DNA of 63,805 nucleotides, the filler included, from Asterionella formosa (taxonomy: Eukaryota), in assembly GCA_002256025.1 (NCBI GenBank). It is 6 parts of 6 records of this genome, joined end to end, with 100 filler letters (N's around TTAATTAATTAA, not from the genome) between each part and the next. Parts side by side here need not be neighbours in the genome. Positions count along the whole stretch, not along the records: positions 42,633 to 53,174 come from NKIB01009377.1; positions 53,275 to 63,805 come from NKIB01009392.1; 4 more parts are not named here. The stretch is one strand, 5' to 3'. Within the stretch, counting starts at the first letter, position 1, and each line of letters starts with the position of its first letter. The position numbers and the translations under genes were made by a program. A model generated the notes under the pieces. It worked only from the letters and a program-made list of their open reading frames with translations, ran no database searches and had not been told where the DNA came from. Below are positions 46,501-59,030 of this stretch, piece after piece.

Positions 46501-48416
46501 TTTTCCAACTGGTATGATCTTAAGCGCTTGCGGCATTTTTCGCACCACTTTTTCTGTTGCATGCCCAAATTTTCTGTGTGCCTCATTAATGTTCATTAGT
46601 TCTTTCTTCTGTTTCTTAATCATTCCATCATCATTTTTAATTTCTTCATTATTGTAGACCTCTTTTGCTCTAGCAACACGCTGTGCAATCAGATAAGCCA
46701 TACCATCGGTTCCTGTCTCAAAACTAATGATGCCATCAGAATCATTAAATATCTTGGACCTTCTTTTCCAGCCACAAATTCGTTTCCTTTCTCTGTCAAC
46801 CTGCCAACACTTATCAAATTTCGAGCAAAACCGGGAACAACCATCACTTTTTCCAATTTCAGAGTTTTCTTTGTGTCCTTCTGCTCCAGAGTTAAATCAC
46901 CAATCGCTGTTGCCTTAAGGGTTTCATTGTTTTCAACCCTCACATGCTCACCTTCAATTGCAGTCTGTAAATTACTCATTTTTATAGTGTTGATGGACAC
47001 ATGGGTTGTTGCCCCTGAGTCAACAAGCCAGCTTTCATGTCCACTCTCTGTGACAGGGCTCATGGTTTTCAATGAATTTGTAGCAAAAACTTCCTCATCC
47101 CACATCCATTCTGCTCCATGGCTTGTTTTGTCCATCTGGTAAATAATTTCTTTTTCATCAACAATTCCTCTGTTCTCATTTTTGTCGACATCATCATATT
47201 CTTCCTCATCACTTGTCTCACAAATATCAGACCAGCTCATGGTCTTTTTCTCTACTTTCTTCTTTTGGCTTTTCACTTGTTGGATGTTGTTGTATTTTCT
47301 TGGTTTCCACTTAAATTCTCTTATGTCTTTCAAGACACTTCTCTTCTTCCTGTTATAGTCTGCAATTTCTTGCAAAAGTTCAATTGCGAATTTGTTTGTG
47401 TCAAAATACTCTGTTTTAGCTTCTTGATTCTTCTTGACATCATCCTCCCGGATATCAGGTCCATGGATTGTCATACCAACAAACATACCAGACTCTTCCT
47501 TCTTTGGAAAATCTCTTGCAAGAATGTGTCCAAATCCACCGCAGCTGTAGCACTTCACCTTCGGTTTTTCAATGTCTTTCTCTCCACTGTTGTTGCTGTT
47601 GCCATTGCTTCTGCTGTGGCCTTGTCTTCCACACTTGTTGCATTTACCTTTAAAGGTTCTCCAGGCACCTTTTCCACTTGTAGTATTCAGAGCCAGATGC
47701 TTTCCCCTTTCCTTGCTTGTTCTCTCTTTGATCTTGATTTTCGCGATTTTGACGATTCTTGAATGGCTCCACAAACATCTCATGATGGCCAATGCTATCA
47801 GCAATGAAATCCTTATTGTCAAATCCTTTTGTAGCAATCTTTCTATTTAGAGATGTAATCACTGATTCATATCTTTGTTTTGGTAGTCTTGCTAATATGG
47901 TTGCTTGCATTTGCTCTTCATTGTGTCTTGATCCATTTTCGCACTTTTCCACTTCTCTGTTCAATCATTCCATTTCGAAAATCCAAAGGAAGGGATCATT
48001 TATGTCTGATTTCATGTAACACTTTTCAAGTTTGGTTCTTGCTTTTACCAAATCTTTTGTCTTCTTTGATTGCAAAAGCGTCACCTCTGCATGACATAAT
48101 AAGAAAATGCTTTGCTTCATCATCTTGTCTCACCAACTCCATCTCTTCTTTTGTCAAATCTTATTTCTCTGCCCAACTTGGAAGAACTCCTTCTACAAGT
48201 AATACCTTCTTGAAACCCTTTGTTGCAGCGAATACCTCAGCCTTCTTGAAAAATTCTCGGGGTTCAACTCCCCCCTTGGTAGTGTCAGTTCCATAAAAAG
48301 GAATGACCTTGACCGACTCCAGGACTTTTCCAGCTTTCTTTGCTTCACTCATCCTTTGCACAATCACTTCTTGTCTTCGTGACCTTAAATTCCACAAGCA
48401 ATCGTTTTTAAAAACT

Positions 48417-48925
48417 TGTTGAGATGTTCCAGATCTCCTTGATATAGTACTTACACGTCTAGTGTCCAGTACTACTAGTTCTCCACTAGCTACCGGTAGT
48501 TTTCGACAACACTTTAATCTACATTTAGATTAACCTCTTTCAATGTTGTGATTACTTCAGATTACTTTTTCTATCAATCTTACCAAATTCTATCAATCCT
48601 GCCAAATTACTTGGTCTTACCAAATTGATCTTGTTTCACGAATCTTACTTTCTTGGATTTGTTCTTCACCTCAATCCACTCTTTCTCATTGGTCGATTTC
48701 ATACGTTTTGCAATTCCAATCGTATCAGTCTTATCATTTAATGTTGCATGTTGGACTTGCTCTGTAGGAATTGCTACTCCATTTACGAATCCCGCATATA
48801 TTTTCCTGAACTGACCTTCTTGTTCCATGGAATTCCTCACCATGACTGTCGGTCGTGCAGACTGTGCAGTCATTACAGTACTAGATATACTACTGTCTGC
48901 TAACAGTAGTCGTTTATCCTCAACA
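48417..48925 (-). repeat. 5' LTR (509 bp), TGTTGAG...CTCAACA
   Basis: Inverted 7-bp ends; near-identical to 43063..43569. Confidence 0.95.
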
Positions 48926-49334
48926 AATATATTTCTGACGCAGGCCTCATGATTCCTCCTATCTAATTTTTGGGTAATTTTTATTTCACCCAAAACCTCA
49001 TTTCTCTATCAAAACTTAGATTTATTTAGATAGGAGCAGGACGCAAAATTATCATCAACATGTCAAAATATTTGAATAATCAATCAAATTTTTAACGTAG
49101 TATGCTGAGTAGAGAGTGATAGCAATCTCTCCTGGAAGGTCCGGTAATCAGCGAATTGCGCGCACTATCATACTAAAAATTCCACGTAGCGGTTTCAACC
49201 TACTTCATTGGAAGTATGTCCGGCTCACCAATTCCGATTTGATGAAAATCTCAAATTATTTCAATTTATTTAGATTACCTGTAACCGTTATAAACTTTCA
49301 AACGGAAATGTGCTGCCACCTTTCACCGCAGAAT

Positions 49335-49910
49335 CGCTGACTACCAACTTCAACTTGCTGACTGTGGACTTCTTGTTGCTAAGAACTGCTGACTTGTTTT
49401 GCTGAAAATTTGAAATACTCGCTGACTGCTGACTTTGTTTGCTGACTGCTAACTTCAATATGCTGACGTCAAAGAAGCTACTTTGTACATAGGAAGAGAC
49501 CGACTACCGTTACGGGTGTACGAATTGTGTCTACTTTTCATATTAGAATAACGAAGGAAATGCATCATCTTGATGGGATACTAAATGTGATGCCTTCTAC
49601 GTTCATACTATATACTATCGGGAGTAACATAGAAGTACCTGGTACCTGGTACTCCGTACATGACAATAAACTGTGAAATCGACATTGATTCCTAAAAAAA
49701 TTCATTGCTATCTACTTCGTGATATTGCTACCACCATGTACCGGTACTATCGTAAAAATGCTGACTTCAAGTTGCTAACTGCTGACTGCTGACTGCTGAC
49801 TTGATTTGCTGAAATTTTGATTAAAAATCGCTGACTGCTGACTTCTTTTGCTGACTGCTGACATGAAATCGCTGACTGCTGACTTCAACTTACTGACTGC
49901 TGACTTCAAG
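49335..49910 (+). repeat. Two clusters of GCTGACT heptamer repeats
   Basis: Many gctgact/gctgactgctgact units at 49335-49470 and 49760-49910. Confidence 0.85.
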
Positions 49911-50439
49911 TTCATTTTGACAATAAAACGAGTAACGGCTTAACATCTATGTAAACGACTATTTAAAGAATATCGGAGTGGCGCAAAATTTAGGGGTTCG
50001 ACAATTCTTGGGGTATACCCCTTCCTTTTTCTCGTACGTGAATTGATGAACAGAAAACGAGCAACCTGCATGCTATGTGTGCTGATTACCGGACCTTCCT
50101 GTCAAATGCTCACCTGTAGTAGCCACGTGTACTTACCTACTTGCAGTGAATCTTCAATAGAAGTCAATGCACAATTAAATCTATTGATCGCTGACAGCCC
50201 TTCATCTTGTACATGTATACCGGAAAAGCTCCATTGATTTGAGATGAATTCTTCGAAGAAGAAGAATCGCAATGAAGACAGTAGTGATGAAGAGTATGTG
50301 GTGAGTGAATTCTCATACGTTTCTACATCTTCATCTAATGGTTATCATGGCAATGCCACTGTCAGTATTGGTGATGCATAGAGAATGAGAGAATCCTTTT
50401 GCACGCATTTCAACGCTGTAGCTTTTGGTTTTTTCAATG

Positions 50440-50860
50440 AAAACGCGGGATCAGGCGCAACTCCAGTCAATGCGGAAACCGGAGCAACGACAGCAACAAA
50501 GAATGAAAAGGCATGCACAGGTACAACTCCAGTCGATCATGCGGAAACCGGAGCAATTGGAGCAACAAAGCAAGGAATGAAAAGGCATACATAGTAGGCA
50601 CATCTCCAGTCAATGCCAAAACCGGGACAGCGACAGCAACAAAGAATGAAAAGGCGGGATCAGGCACAATTCCAGTCAATGCGGAAACCGGAGCAACGAC
50701 AGCAGCAAAGAATGAAATGGCGTGCGCAGGTACAACTCCAGTCGATCATGCGGAAACCGGAACAACTGGAGCAACAAGGAATGAAAAGGCATACACAGGT
50801 ACAACTCCAGTCAATGCGGAAGCCGGAACAACGGCTGCAACAAGGAATGAAAAGGCAACG
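50440..50860 (+). repeat. Coding minisatellite (~57-63-bp units: GTTPVNAETGATxATKNEKA)
   Basis: Repeated caactccagtc(a/g)at..gcggaaaccgga..gaatgaaaaggc. Confidence 0.85.
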
Positions 50861-52650
50861 GTAGGAGGAAAAACTCAAAAAGCGGAAGCCAGAACAACGA
50901 CTGCAACATGGGCTGCAAAGAGAATCGAAAATGATAAATCAAGAACAAAGAAAAAGACTGCAAGAATTACAGCAGGAACAAAGGAAAAGAACACACCAGG
51001 AACAGGAAAAGCAGGGTCATGTGACATGACTGATGAGAAATACAATGAAATTGCGTATAACACAACAGGAACAGGAAAAACTAGATCATGTGACATGACT
51101 GATGAGAAATACAATGAAGTTGTGTATGTTAGTATTGAAAACTGGGATAATCCAGAGATACCGCGACAGCATCAAATTGGTTATTCACTTGTAAAAAAGT
51201 ATACAGTGAGATCAAAGAAAGATGTGGAAGCCAATCTTATAAAAAGCCTCTATTTTTTCAAGAGAGACAGGGTGAAAGATGGAGATAATGTGGGGAGAAA
51301 GCTTCTTCGATGCAAGGAAATCTTTGATGCCATATATGATGCTCACTACAGTCTTGTTCTTGGTCACTAGAAATCATCTGATACATGGAGAGAGGTTCTT
51401 AATCGTCATGTTCACAATACCACAATACAACATGTGAATGCGTTTATCAGTGTGTGTCTTGTGTCCTCAAATTCCGAAATCTAAGGGAGCCCGATGTCCT
51501 ATATATTCTGGTGAATTTCGTGATCGCATGCAAATTGACTTAATTAATTATCGTGCCAATGAATGACGCAATGTTTATGGTCAGGTAATGCGATGGATTA
51601 TGGCTGTGAAGGATCACTTCACTGGCTTATGCTATTTAAGAGCTAGTATTCCAAACAAAAATGCAAAGTATGTATGCCTTGAATTAAACTCTCTCTTTGG
51701 ATTGATTTGATATCCACATATCTTTCACGCAGACAATGGTTCTGAGTTCACAGCTGAACAAGTTGTGGATATGTTGAAAAGGTGGAATTAAACAATACTG
51801 ACAGTCACTGGTAGGCCCCAAAAGCCCAGTGATCAGGGTTCAGTCGAAATCATCAACAGACTTGTGAAATGTGTAATGAACCACAGTGTACTTGCAAGTG
51901 AAGTTCAAAAGGGAAACTCCGTCCAAACTGGACCAAATACCTTGGAGAAGTTAATTCAATTCTGAATCAACAATGTGGTTGGGCTAAAAATAATGTTTCT
52001 GCATATGAAACCGTTTTTGGGATTGATTTTGATCCCATTATGCCAGATACCAGGTAGAGTCAGCATCCACAGATGCTCAACTATCCAAGAGTGCATGGAT
52101 GTGGCAGCTAGCAGTAGATTCCGTGCTGTTGTGGAATCCATGTATGAGTTGACCCTTAATCCCAGTGAGACCAATGACTCTGTCTCCATGGATTTGACAT
52201 TGCCACAGGTTGGCAATGTCTGTGACACCACTTTCAGTGTGACTTTTCAAAACGTTTTGCTGAAATTTTGGAAGGACCTGATGTTAGTAGCAACAGTGTT
52301 CAAGCTCAATCAACAAATGATTATGATGAAACCAGCAGCGATGATGAAAAATCTGAGAGTTAAGAGCAGTCTTTCCACGTCTACTGCCACAGTAAAGATG
52401 AAAATCTGCATCACAACGAAAGTCTAGGTAATCACTTGTTTCAACAGCTGTAATAATCCCATGAAATCAAAGAAAAATGCAAGACAAAAACATGCACAAT
52501 ATGTTAGAGCACAACGACAGAAGGATCAAAGCAAATACATGAAAGGCAGACATATGAAGTCAAGGCAAGCAGCAACTTTTGGGTCTATAGTTACACTTAA
52601 AATGGACTACAGAGATGGAAGCAACCCACATGGAATTCCTGCCATCAAAA
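50513..52650 (+). pseudogene. KRBA2/SCAND3-like integrase-core transposase pseudogene
   Basis: IFDAIYDAH...GH (HHCC), QIDLINY, KDHFTG, DNGSEF, GRP.KP.DQGSVE..NR, with stops and frameshifts. Confidence 0.8.
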
Positions 52651-53031
52651 TAAATAGCGCTGATTTTGCAGATTTTGCTAATAAATTCTGCTGATTTGGA
52701 TTTCATCAGATATGACGTGACAGATGTAAACAACTGCATTGCAAATCACGACAAACCCAATCGTTGCTGGACACAGAAAAAGGTTTACTAGGTGCTTTAT
52801 TCTACTAATGTGTGCTATATAATTAATTTCATACCCTGTTGGTTTTACTGCTAGCTGGTACCAGGTACAAGCCAGCAGGTAGCTGTTGGCTGCCCGGTAT
52901 AAATCCTGGGTTGTTCAACATACATATGTAGTGGTCATACATATTTCCACCATACTGTGCCTGTTCGCTATCATTGAATGACTTTGCTTAACTGGGGCAC
53001 ATTGTAATGTTTCTCTGCTAAAGACTACTAA

Positions 53032-53174
53032 GGGTCGTTCTTATCATTCCGAATTTGCTGTATCATTTCCGGGTTGTGGGCAAAAAATGACGGTTGGTAT
53101 CAAAACACGGTATCAGCAACGGTAACTTGATGGTATCAATTTTGTATCATTGATACAAAATTGATACCTTTTTT
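53032..53174 (+). mobile_element. PIF/Harbinger-like TIR (GGGTCGTTCTTATCATTC...), truncated by scaffold end
   Basis: Preceded by cTAA; ~140-bp reverse-complement match to 56720..56856. Confidence 0.7.
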
Positions 53175-55435
53175 NNNNNNNNNNNNNNNNNNNNNNNNNN
53201 NNNNNNNNNNNNNNNNNNTTAATTAATTAANNNNNNNNNNNNNNNNNNNNNNNNNNNNNNNNNNNNNNNNNNNNATTTTACTTTTTTTATAATGGTTTTG
53301 TCATCCTACGTCACAGTAGATGGGTGGTTGACAGCATTTAGGATTTCCCAAAAACCGATAGCATCGTTTTTTCGTCAGTTGACCAAAACCAAAACCAATC
53401 CAAAAAAAAAGTTTTTGGGTTTTGGTTTGGGTCAACGGTTAGCAACGGCCTTACATAAATACACACAACAAACTTCTTATTCACACCCTGAATTGTAGGT
53501 CAAACTGACACCTAAAAATTGGTCAGTACAAAATGTACACACGAGAATGACTTCTACCTTGGGCGGACCACACCCATCCATACCTAATACAGAAAGTACT
53601 GATAATACGTTGCAGGGGGACAATTATTGTAACCATGGCTGTATGATGCACACAATCAATTACGACTCACCATCACTTCATTTCAACCTCAACCAAATGA
53701 TAAAATGTAGATGAAATGATTCATGAATACTTAATAGCTAGCTATTAGTAGTGTCAGTACTACTTGTTCTGTTGAAAATTGTTGACAACATTCAACAATA
53801 ATGGCAGCATGATTCTTCAGTCGTTGGAAGCTTGAACCAAATTCATTCCCTTGTTCATTTCAACAACTACTAGTAGCAATTCATTAGCATCAAAATTTCA
53901 AAATCTGAAAAGTTTCGATGTTAACATTGTATTTTTTAGTAGTAGATTTATCCATACTGCTAGCTAGATTGAATAATCTTGCACATTGTGAGTTTAGCTT
54001 CATGAACTCTTTGCATTGCTTATGAAGCCTCAATGATAGTCTTATGGAGCGAGTTCAATCATCTCTTAAATCCATCAAAGAATCATGTTATTTGTGTGAG
54101 TTTTAACTACCCGACCTGCTGTATCAGCTTGCAACAAATAGTGGTCCCTCAGTGACAAATTTGCATGAGATGGTGATAGAAAATCCGGAAAGCTTGATTC
54201 AATTCAACAATCAAAAATGCGCCAGAGTTTAAAAACTTGAAGTTGGTAATTAATAGACGAACACATTCGAAGGGTTTTTCTAGCAATGAGAACAAGGTGG
54301 TTAATCGATGATAGCTGGCAATCAATTTGGCTTTAATTGGCGACGAAAACGAAGAAGTAAGACGCACTCTATACTAGGCATGGATGGTAAACAGAATAAA
54401 TCAGATGACTACATAATCAAACGAACATTTTCATGGCTGTTATGATATCTAATCATCACCATTCTATTTTAAAATCACATCCACGCATGCAACGAGCTGT
54501 CAGACTGGTGGTCGCATTACTAACACACAACTATCACAACATACTACAACCCAAAGTTCACTTACAATTTTGCTGCATACTACTAGCTAGTATTTCAGAG
54601 ATTGACGAGACAGCATAGACTTCGGTTGATTGCTGTGATAAGCGATCGTCGCTTCATACAAATGAGCACAACCGTAGCTAGCAATGACAAAGGTGAGCTG
54701 CGGCAAACTGTAGACCGATCACATGGTTTCGTAATATTTAATGACAAGGACAACGAAAAGTACATGCTGACAAGATTCTACAACAAACTGGTACGTGCTG
54801 ACATGTATGTATGCGCATCCATCAGGTATCAGGTAGGAGTACCAGGTACCAGATACCTGGTAACATCACAACAAGTCATAAATACCGGTAGACTACCGTC
54901 CAGTATAATTCTCTATTTATCTACCGGTACATCAATCTCCATGACCAGAATTTATATGCTGGTAGAACCATGATATCTGGTACTCCCTCTGTCTAGTAAC
55001 ACTTGCATCGATTCGCCGGCACCACCATTGTCTTTACTGTTCGCATATGAAGGATTATGTAGCCGACATACCAAATTTCTACGTAAAGGTGTTCGTGATA
55101 ATCATAGTTAACTTCATTTATCATTAAGCGCCTTAAGAATACTCAAGTGTTAGTAGGGTAGCCCGCATGGCGCTTCCTGGCATTGACAGCCTAGGTTGTA
55201 TAAAAATCTTAAGCTGCCCAGTATCAACCCAACAAACCTGGTGACTTTGGGCGCTGCAAGGCGGGGAAAGGGTGGATGCACTCTCTCAAATGAGAATAGG
55301 GGAAATTATGTATGCTGTAAATGACTTATTCTGGCACTGGTGAGTTAATCTGTCCGAGAAGGCAGATGGCTTGGTTTGATCTTTTAATGAGGCATTTATT
55401 TGCCTCCCATGTGTTTGCCTTGCCTTTTGTGGTAT

Positions 55436-56856
55436 TTATGGCAGACTCTGATAATATTGTGCAGCTTTAGTATCTGTTTGGCTCAAAATTAAATGTGGTG
55501 CCATGATCATCATGACTTTTCTTGAATGAGTAATGCATCTTATTCCAGCCATTTTGTCAAGCTCCTTGAGTTTCTTGTTGTTTCTGTTGATTCTTTCATG
55601 TGTTTGTTGCTCATTGCGTACGCTGTATTTATTGTGTAGCTCATAGCGCCAGTGGAGCCCCGCTTCCGATGCCAGGACATCGACAAATGCGCTCCTCAAT
55701 TGAATGATGCATGTTGATGCATTCCATTCATTTTCGTCAAGCTCTTTGAGTTTCTTGTTGATTCTGTTGATTCTTTCATGTGTTTGTAGCTGATTGCATA
55801 CAGTGTAGAGATTTTGTAGCAAGAGAGGTCTGATTTGATTGCGCGGCTGTAAATATACATCGCCCTCCATGGTGAGAGGGGTTGCTTACCAGTGCTAGTA
55901 GAATCGCTGTGATAGTACTGGATTTGTTTCTTCTGTATACATTTGGATGCTTTGACAAAATTGTGTGATAATCATTATCACTTTCCAATTCAATGTTTGA
56001 TTCATTGACATTGAAAGATCTAGGGTATATCCTCTGTGACAAGCTGTCTCTCTTCAAAAGTTGAACAATCAAAGCAACAGTGTAAGCTTTCTTCGCATTT
56101 TTGTATCCAGAAACTTTGTATCTGACGAAAAAATTTCGGAGAACCTTGACTGAGATCTGCTTCATTGCAACACCTTTGATGAAAATCACCTGTGTCCTTT
56201 CACTATCAAGCACAAAGTCATCAGGAAGTATGAGGGAGTCAACAAATCGATTGACTTCAGTATCTGTAGCAAGAGACTGCATTGCATTGTTGAAGGTGGT
56301 GGGTCGATCTTGATGTACAGTGGTCTCCACATCAACAGTTGTTGTTTGCGTTTGTGTGACTGGTTCCATATGCGGTTCCATTTGCCTTGCTTGTAGTATC
56401 TTCAGGGAGATTCCAATGACTGATCTGTTTAAATACACAATAACACTTGGGAGTTGTAAGATGGCCAATATAAGTAAGTGGCCAATATAAGTAAGTGGCA
56501 AGTATAAGTTTCTGTCTGGTGCAGTATAATTGTATCAATGGTGTTGCTTGGATGTACGCAGCCAGCATAAAATTGAAGGAATAGCTAGTATATGCCATTA
56601 ATATTAGTGATGCTTTGCCTTGCAGGCTTATTTTCGGTTATTTTATTAGTGACAATGGAAATGATACCCGCCCAAAAACGTCAGTATCACTGATACCGTT
56701 TTTGGAGGGGGCAAAAAACGGTATCATTTTTGTATCAATGATACAAAATTGATACCATCAAGTTACTGTTGCTGATACCGTGTTTTAATACCAACCGTCA
56801 CTTTTTGCCCGCAACCCAGAAATGATACAGCAAATTCGGAATGATAAGAACGACCC
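55436..56856 (-). mobile_element. PIF/Harbinger-like element end plus degenerate accessory ORF (55776..56390)
   Basis: Terminus ...gataagaacgaccc|TAAg. ORF FVDSLILPDDFVLD..IKGV..KQISVKVLR..VRYKVSGYKNAKK is homologous to 63308..63805. Confidence 0.65.
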
Positions 56857-57619
56857 TAAGATTGTCGCATAGAGGTGGCTTACAGTACATATTTTTCTAT
56901 TTGTATATGAGCATATTTGCCCAGTACTAAAACCATGTTGGAAAACTACGCGTATTATGTACCAGTATAGTATACGATATATACATACCACCCAGTAGCT
57001 AGCTGAAATACCTGCTAAATTCTTGATTTTCCATGAGTTGACACAGACATGCAAGAGCATCTTTACACTTCTTCTTACACTTCCGCTTGTGATCCCCTTT
57101 CAGGTTTACAAGCAATCCTAAACCGTGTTTATTCTTACTCTGTATATATACTAGTAAATTCTTTTTACATTACTTAACGTTCTACGCTTTTGCAGGGCAA
57201 CATCAGTTCAGTTCTACCGGACAAAGTACCAGGATTCTGTGTACCTCCACCGGACAATCGTCCGGTATTTGAGAAAATGATCGAACTGTTGTTCATCAAG
57301 ACGAACACGGTGAAGCTAGTGATTTTCGGTTGAAGTTTAGTGAAGACCACCTTCACGGCGTTATACCAGACGATTGTCCGGTAAATATCTAGTACTAGCT
57401 TGCAGTAACTCTCTACTGAAGGCTAATTTTTTAAATGGAATCCTGATTGAGCGAAAATGTGCCTTTTTTGTCAGTACGAGTGTGTTACATACGTGGCTGC
57501 AACTATTGTTTAGAATTGCACCACTCAACATCACTCTAACGTATGACATATACCATTTCTGTGAATACAAGTATAGGTACATAATAATTATTGTAATAAC
57601 TACTATAATTTTTGCGATC

Positions 57620-59030
57620 ATGATGCCAGATGTCCCTCTTCATCCTCACGGCATTCCTTTAGAGGAATTCAATGAGCAGATGATGATGGACAAGGGTACA
57701 TGCTGGGCATACATTTCTGACAGTTTGGCCTCTTTTTGCTGGTGTGTTGAACACAAACCAGGATGGTTTCAAGTATATGCCCAGAACAAGATGATTCTTT
57801 CTGAGATGGAGGCAGCAGGTATAGGTACAAGGGAAGAAAAAAATGTGTTAGAAATGGTTTAGTTGAATTGATTCAGCATGCTGCAAAGCAAGCCATCATG
57901 ATGCTCTCTGCAATCACTCCAGCAGGGTATTTGGTATATCTCCAGAGCCTTCGCCATTCTTGGACACAAGATTGGCTTTCCAAGAGCTGCTATGGGAATA
58001 AGTGATCAGATCTATTCAACTTATTCAGGCTACATAATAGCACAGGCTTCACAGTTGATTTTGAGCAGGCAACCTTTTTCATGGTTTTTATCAGATTATT
58101 GCAGTAGAGAATCTTATGGGTTAGGAGTTTTTTTTAGGGTAAGGACCCCATGAACAATCAACTATATCACCTCCTTTGTACTTGGTTCATTGAGTTAAAG
58201 TTAATTAAATTTTTATAGTAAGTTAAAGCTATCCAATATTTGCAGTTGTGCCCACTTAAATGGTAACAAGTAGAACCAGTTTTATTCATCCGTATGATAC
58301 AACATTACCTGTCTCTTTGTCAGCCTCACCCCCAGAACCCTAGAACAGGTGGAGAATGCAGGAATCGAACCCGCTACCTCATGAGGTGTGCTAAACAATT
58401 AAGCCATTCCCCTACTTGGTTCATTGAGTTAGGAACTGTTGATGGCATTTGGGGTCACCTATTCCTGGTCTTTGAGGGAAATTTGATTTACAGGATCAAT
58501 AACACAAGCCAAATCTGCTTGTAACAAATGGAGTGGACTGATGATGCTCTGCGTAAATACTTGGCAAACACCAAGACAGATCAGAAAGGGACTCAATCAA
58601 AATATCCCAGATATAGTATTTATGCAAATCCAAACGAGTGGGTACTTGGGAAGATTTAATTTTGCTCAAGGAAATAGTTGCTTATTCCCTGGCTGGTCAC
58701 AATCAATTTGAGAGATTTTCATCTATTTTAAAGCAGAAGCCAAGAAAGGACAGCTATTTGAATAAGGTATTGAATCAAACAACATCAGCATGCACAGTAT
58801 AAGGAAGGGTGCAGCTACTTTTATGGGGGAACTTCATCAGGTTCTATCAGTGTAAATGGAGGGTGGTCAATGGGCAGAGTCAAGGACATTGATGTCCAGT
58901 GGTATGAGCATTTGTGGGAAGTCCTTATGTGGTCTACCCATGTTACTTGCATGATTCTCTTCCTCTCCCACTATGTTTTTAAAATCTGAAACTTATGGTA
59001 ATGAAACCAAAGCTACAGTGTTTCCAATGA
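57620..59030 (+). mobile_element. Crypton(S)-like tyrosine recombinase relic
   Basis: W.DDAL, TKTDQKG, IYANP, HSIRKGAAT (58793-58819), GGWSMGRVKDI (58858-58890); many stops. Confidence 0.7.
58198..58412 (-). mobile_element. tRNA-Ala-derived SINE, copy 2, with 19-bp TSD
   Basis: Head GGGGAATGGCTTAATTGTTTAGC...GGTAGCGGGTTCGATTCCTGCATTCTCCACC; TSD tacttggttcattgagtta at 58179-58197 and 58413-58431; AT-rich tail. Confidence 0.85.

Larger units (their letters stand above)
43063..48925 (-). mobile_element. Full-length but frameshifted Ty1/Copia LTR retrotransposon
   Basis: LTRs 43063-43569 and 48417-48925; PPT ggagggagga; gag CCHC-like knuckles, WLVDSGAT protease, GAG-pre HRKFGH/CDGC, integrase DNAGE/PQHNGVVER, RT IDIEAAFLNA, RNase H EDNLGA/TKHIDVR; flanks aataa/aatat. 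Confidence 0.95.
42945..52722 (+). mobile_element. Ginger-like (retroviral-integrase-type) DNA transposon hosting a nested Copia
   Basis: Imperfect TIRs tgttacgtcatttcagctgaa / ttcatcagatatgacgtgaca, flanks gata/gatg, subterminal GCTGA motifs, integrase relic at ~51300-52050. Confidence 0.6.

Noticed and set aside
49335..50860. CRISPR-like array
   Set aside because: Units are degenerate tandem repeats without unique spacers, in a eukaryotic context with no cas genes.
53032..56856. Single 3.8-kb transposon defined by inverted TIRs with TAA on both sides
   Set aside because: The two TIRs lie on different scaffolds separated by an artificial spacer, so adjacency is not real.
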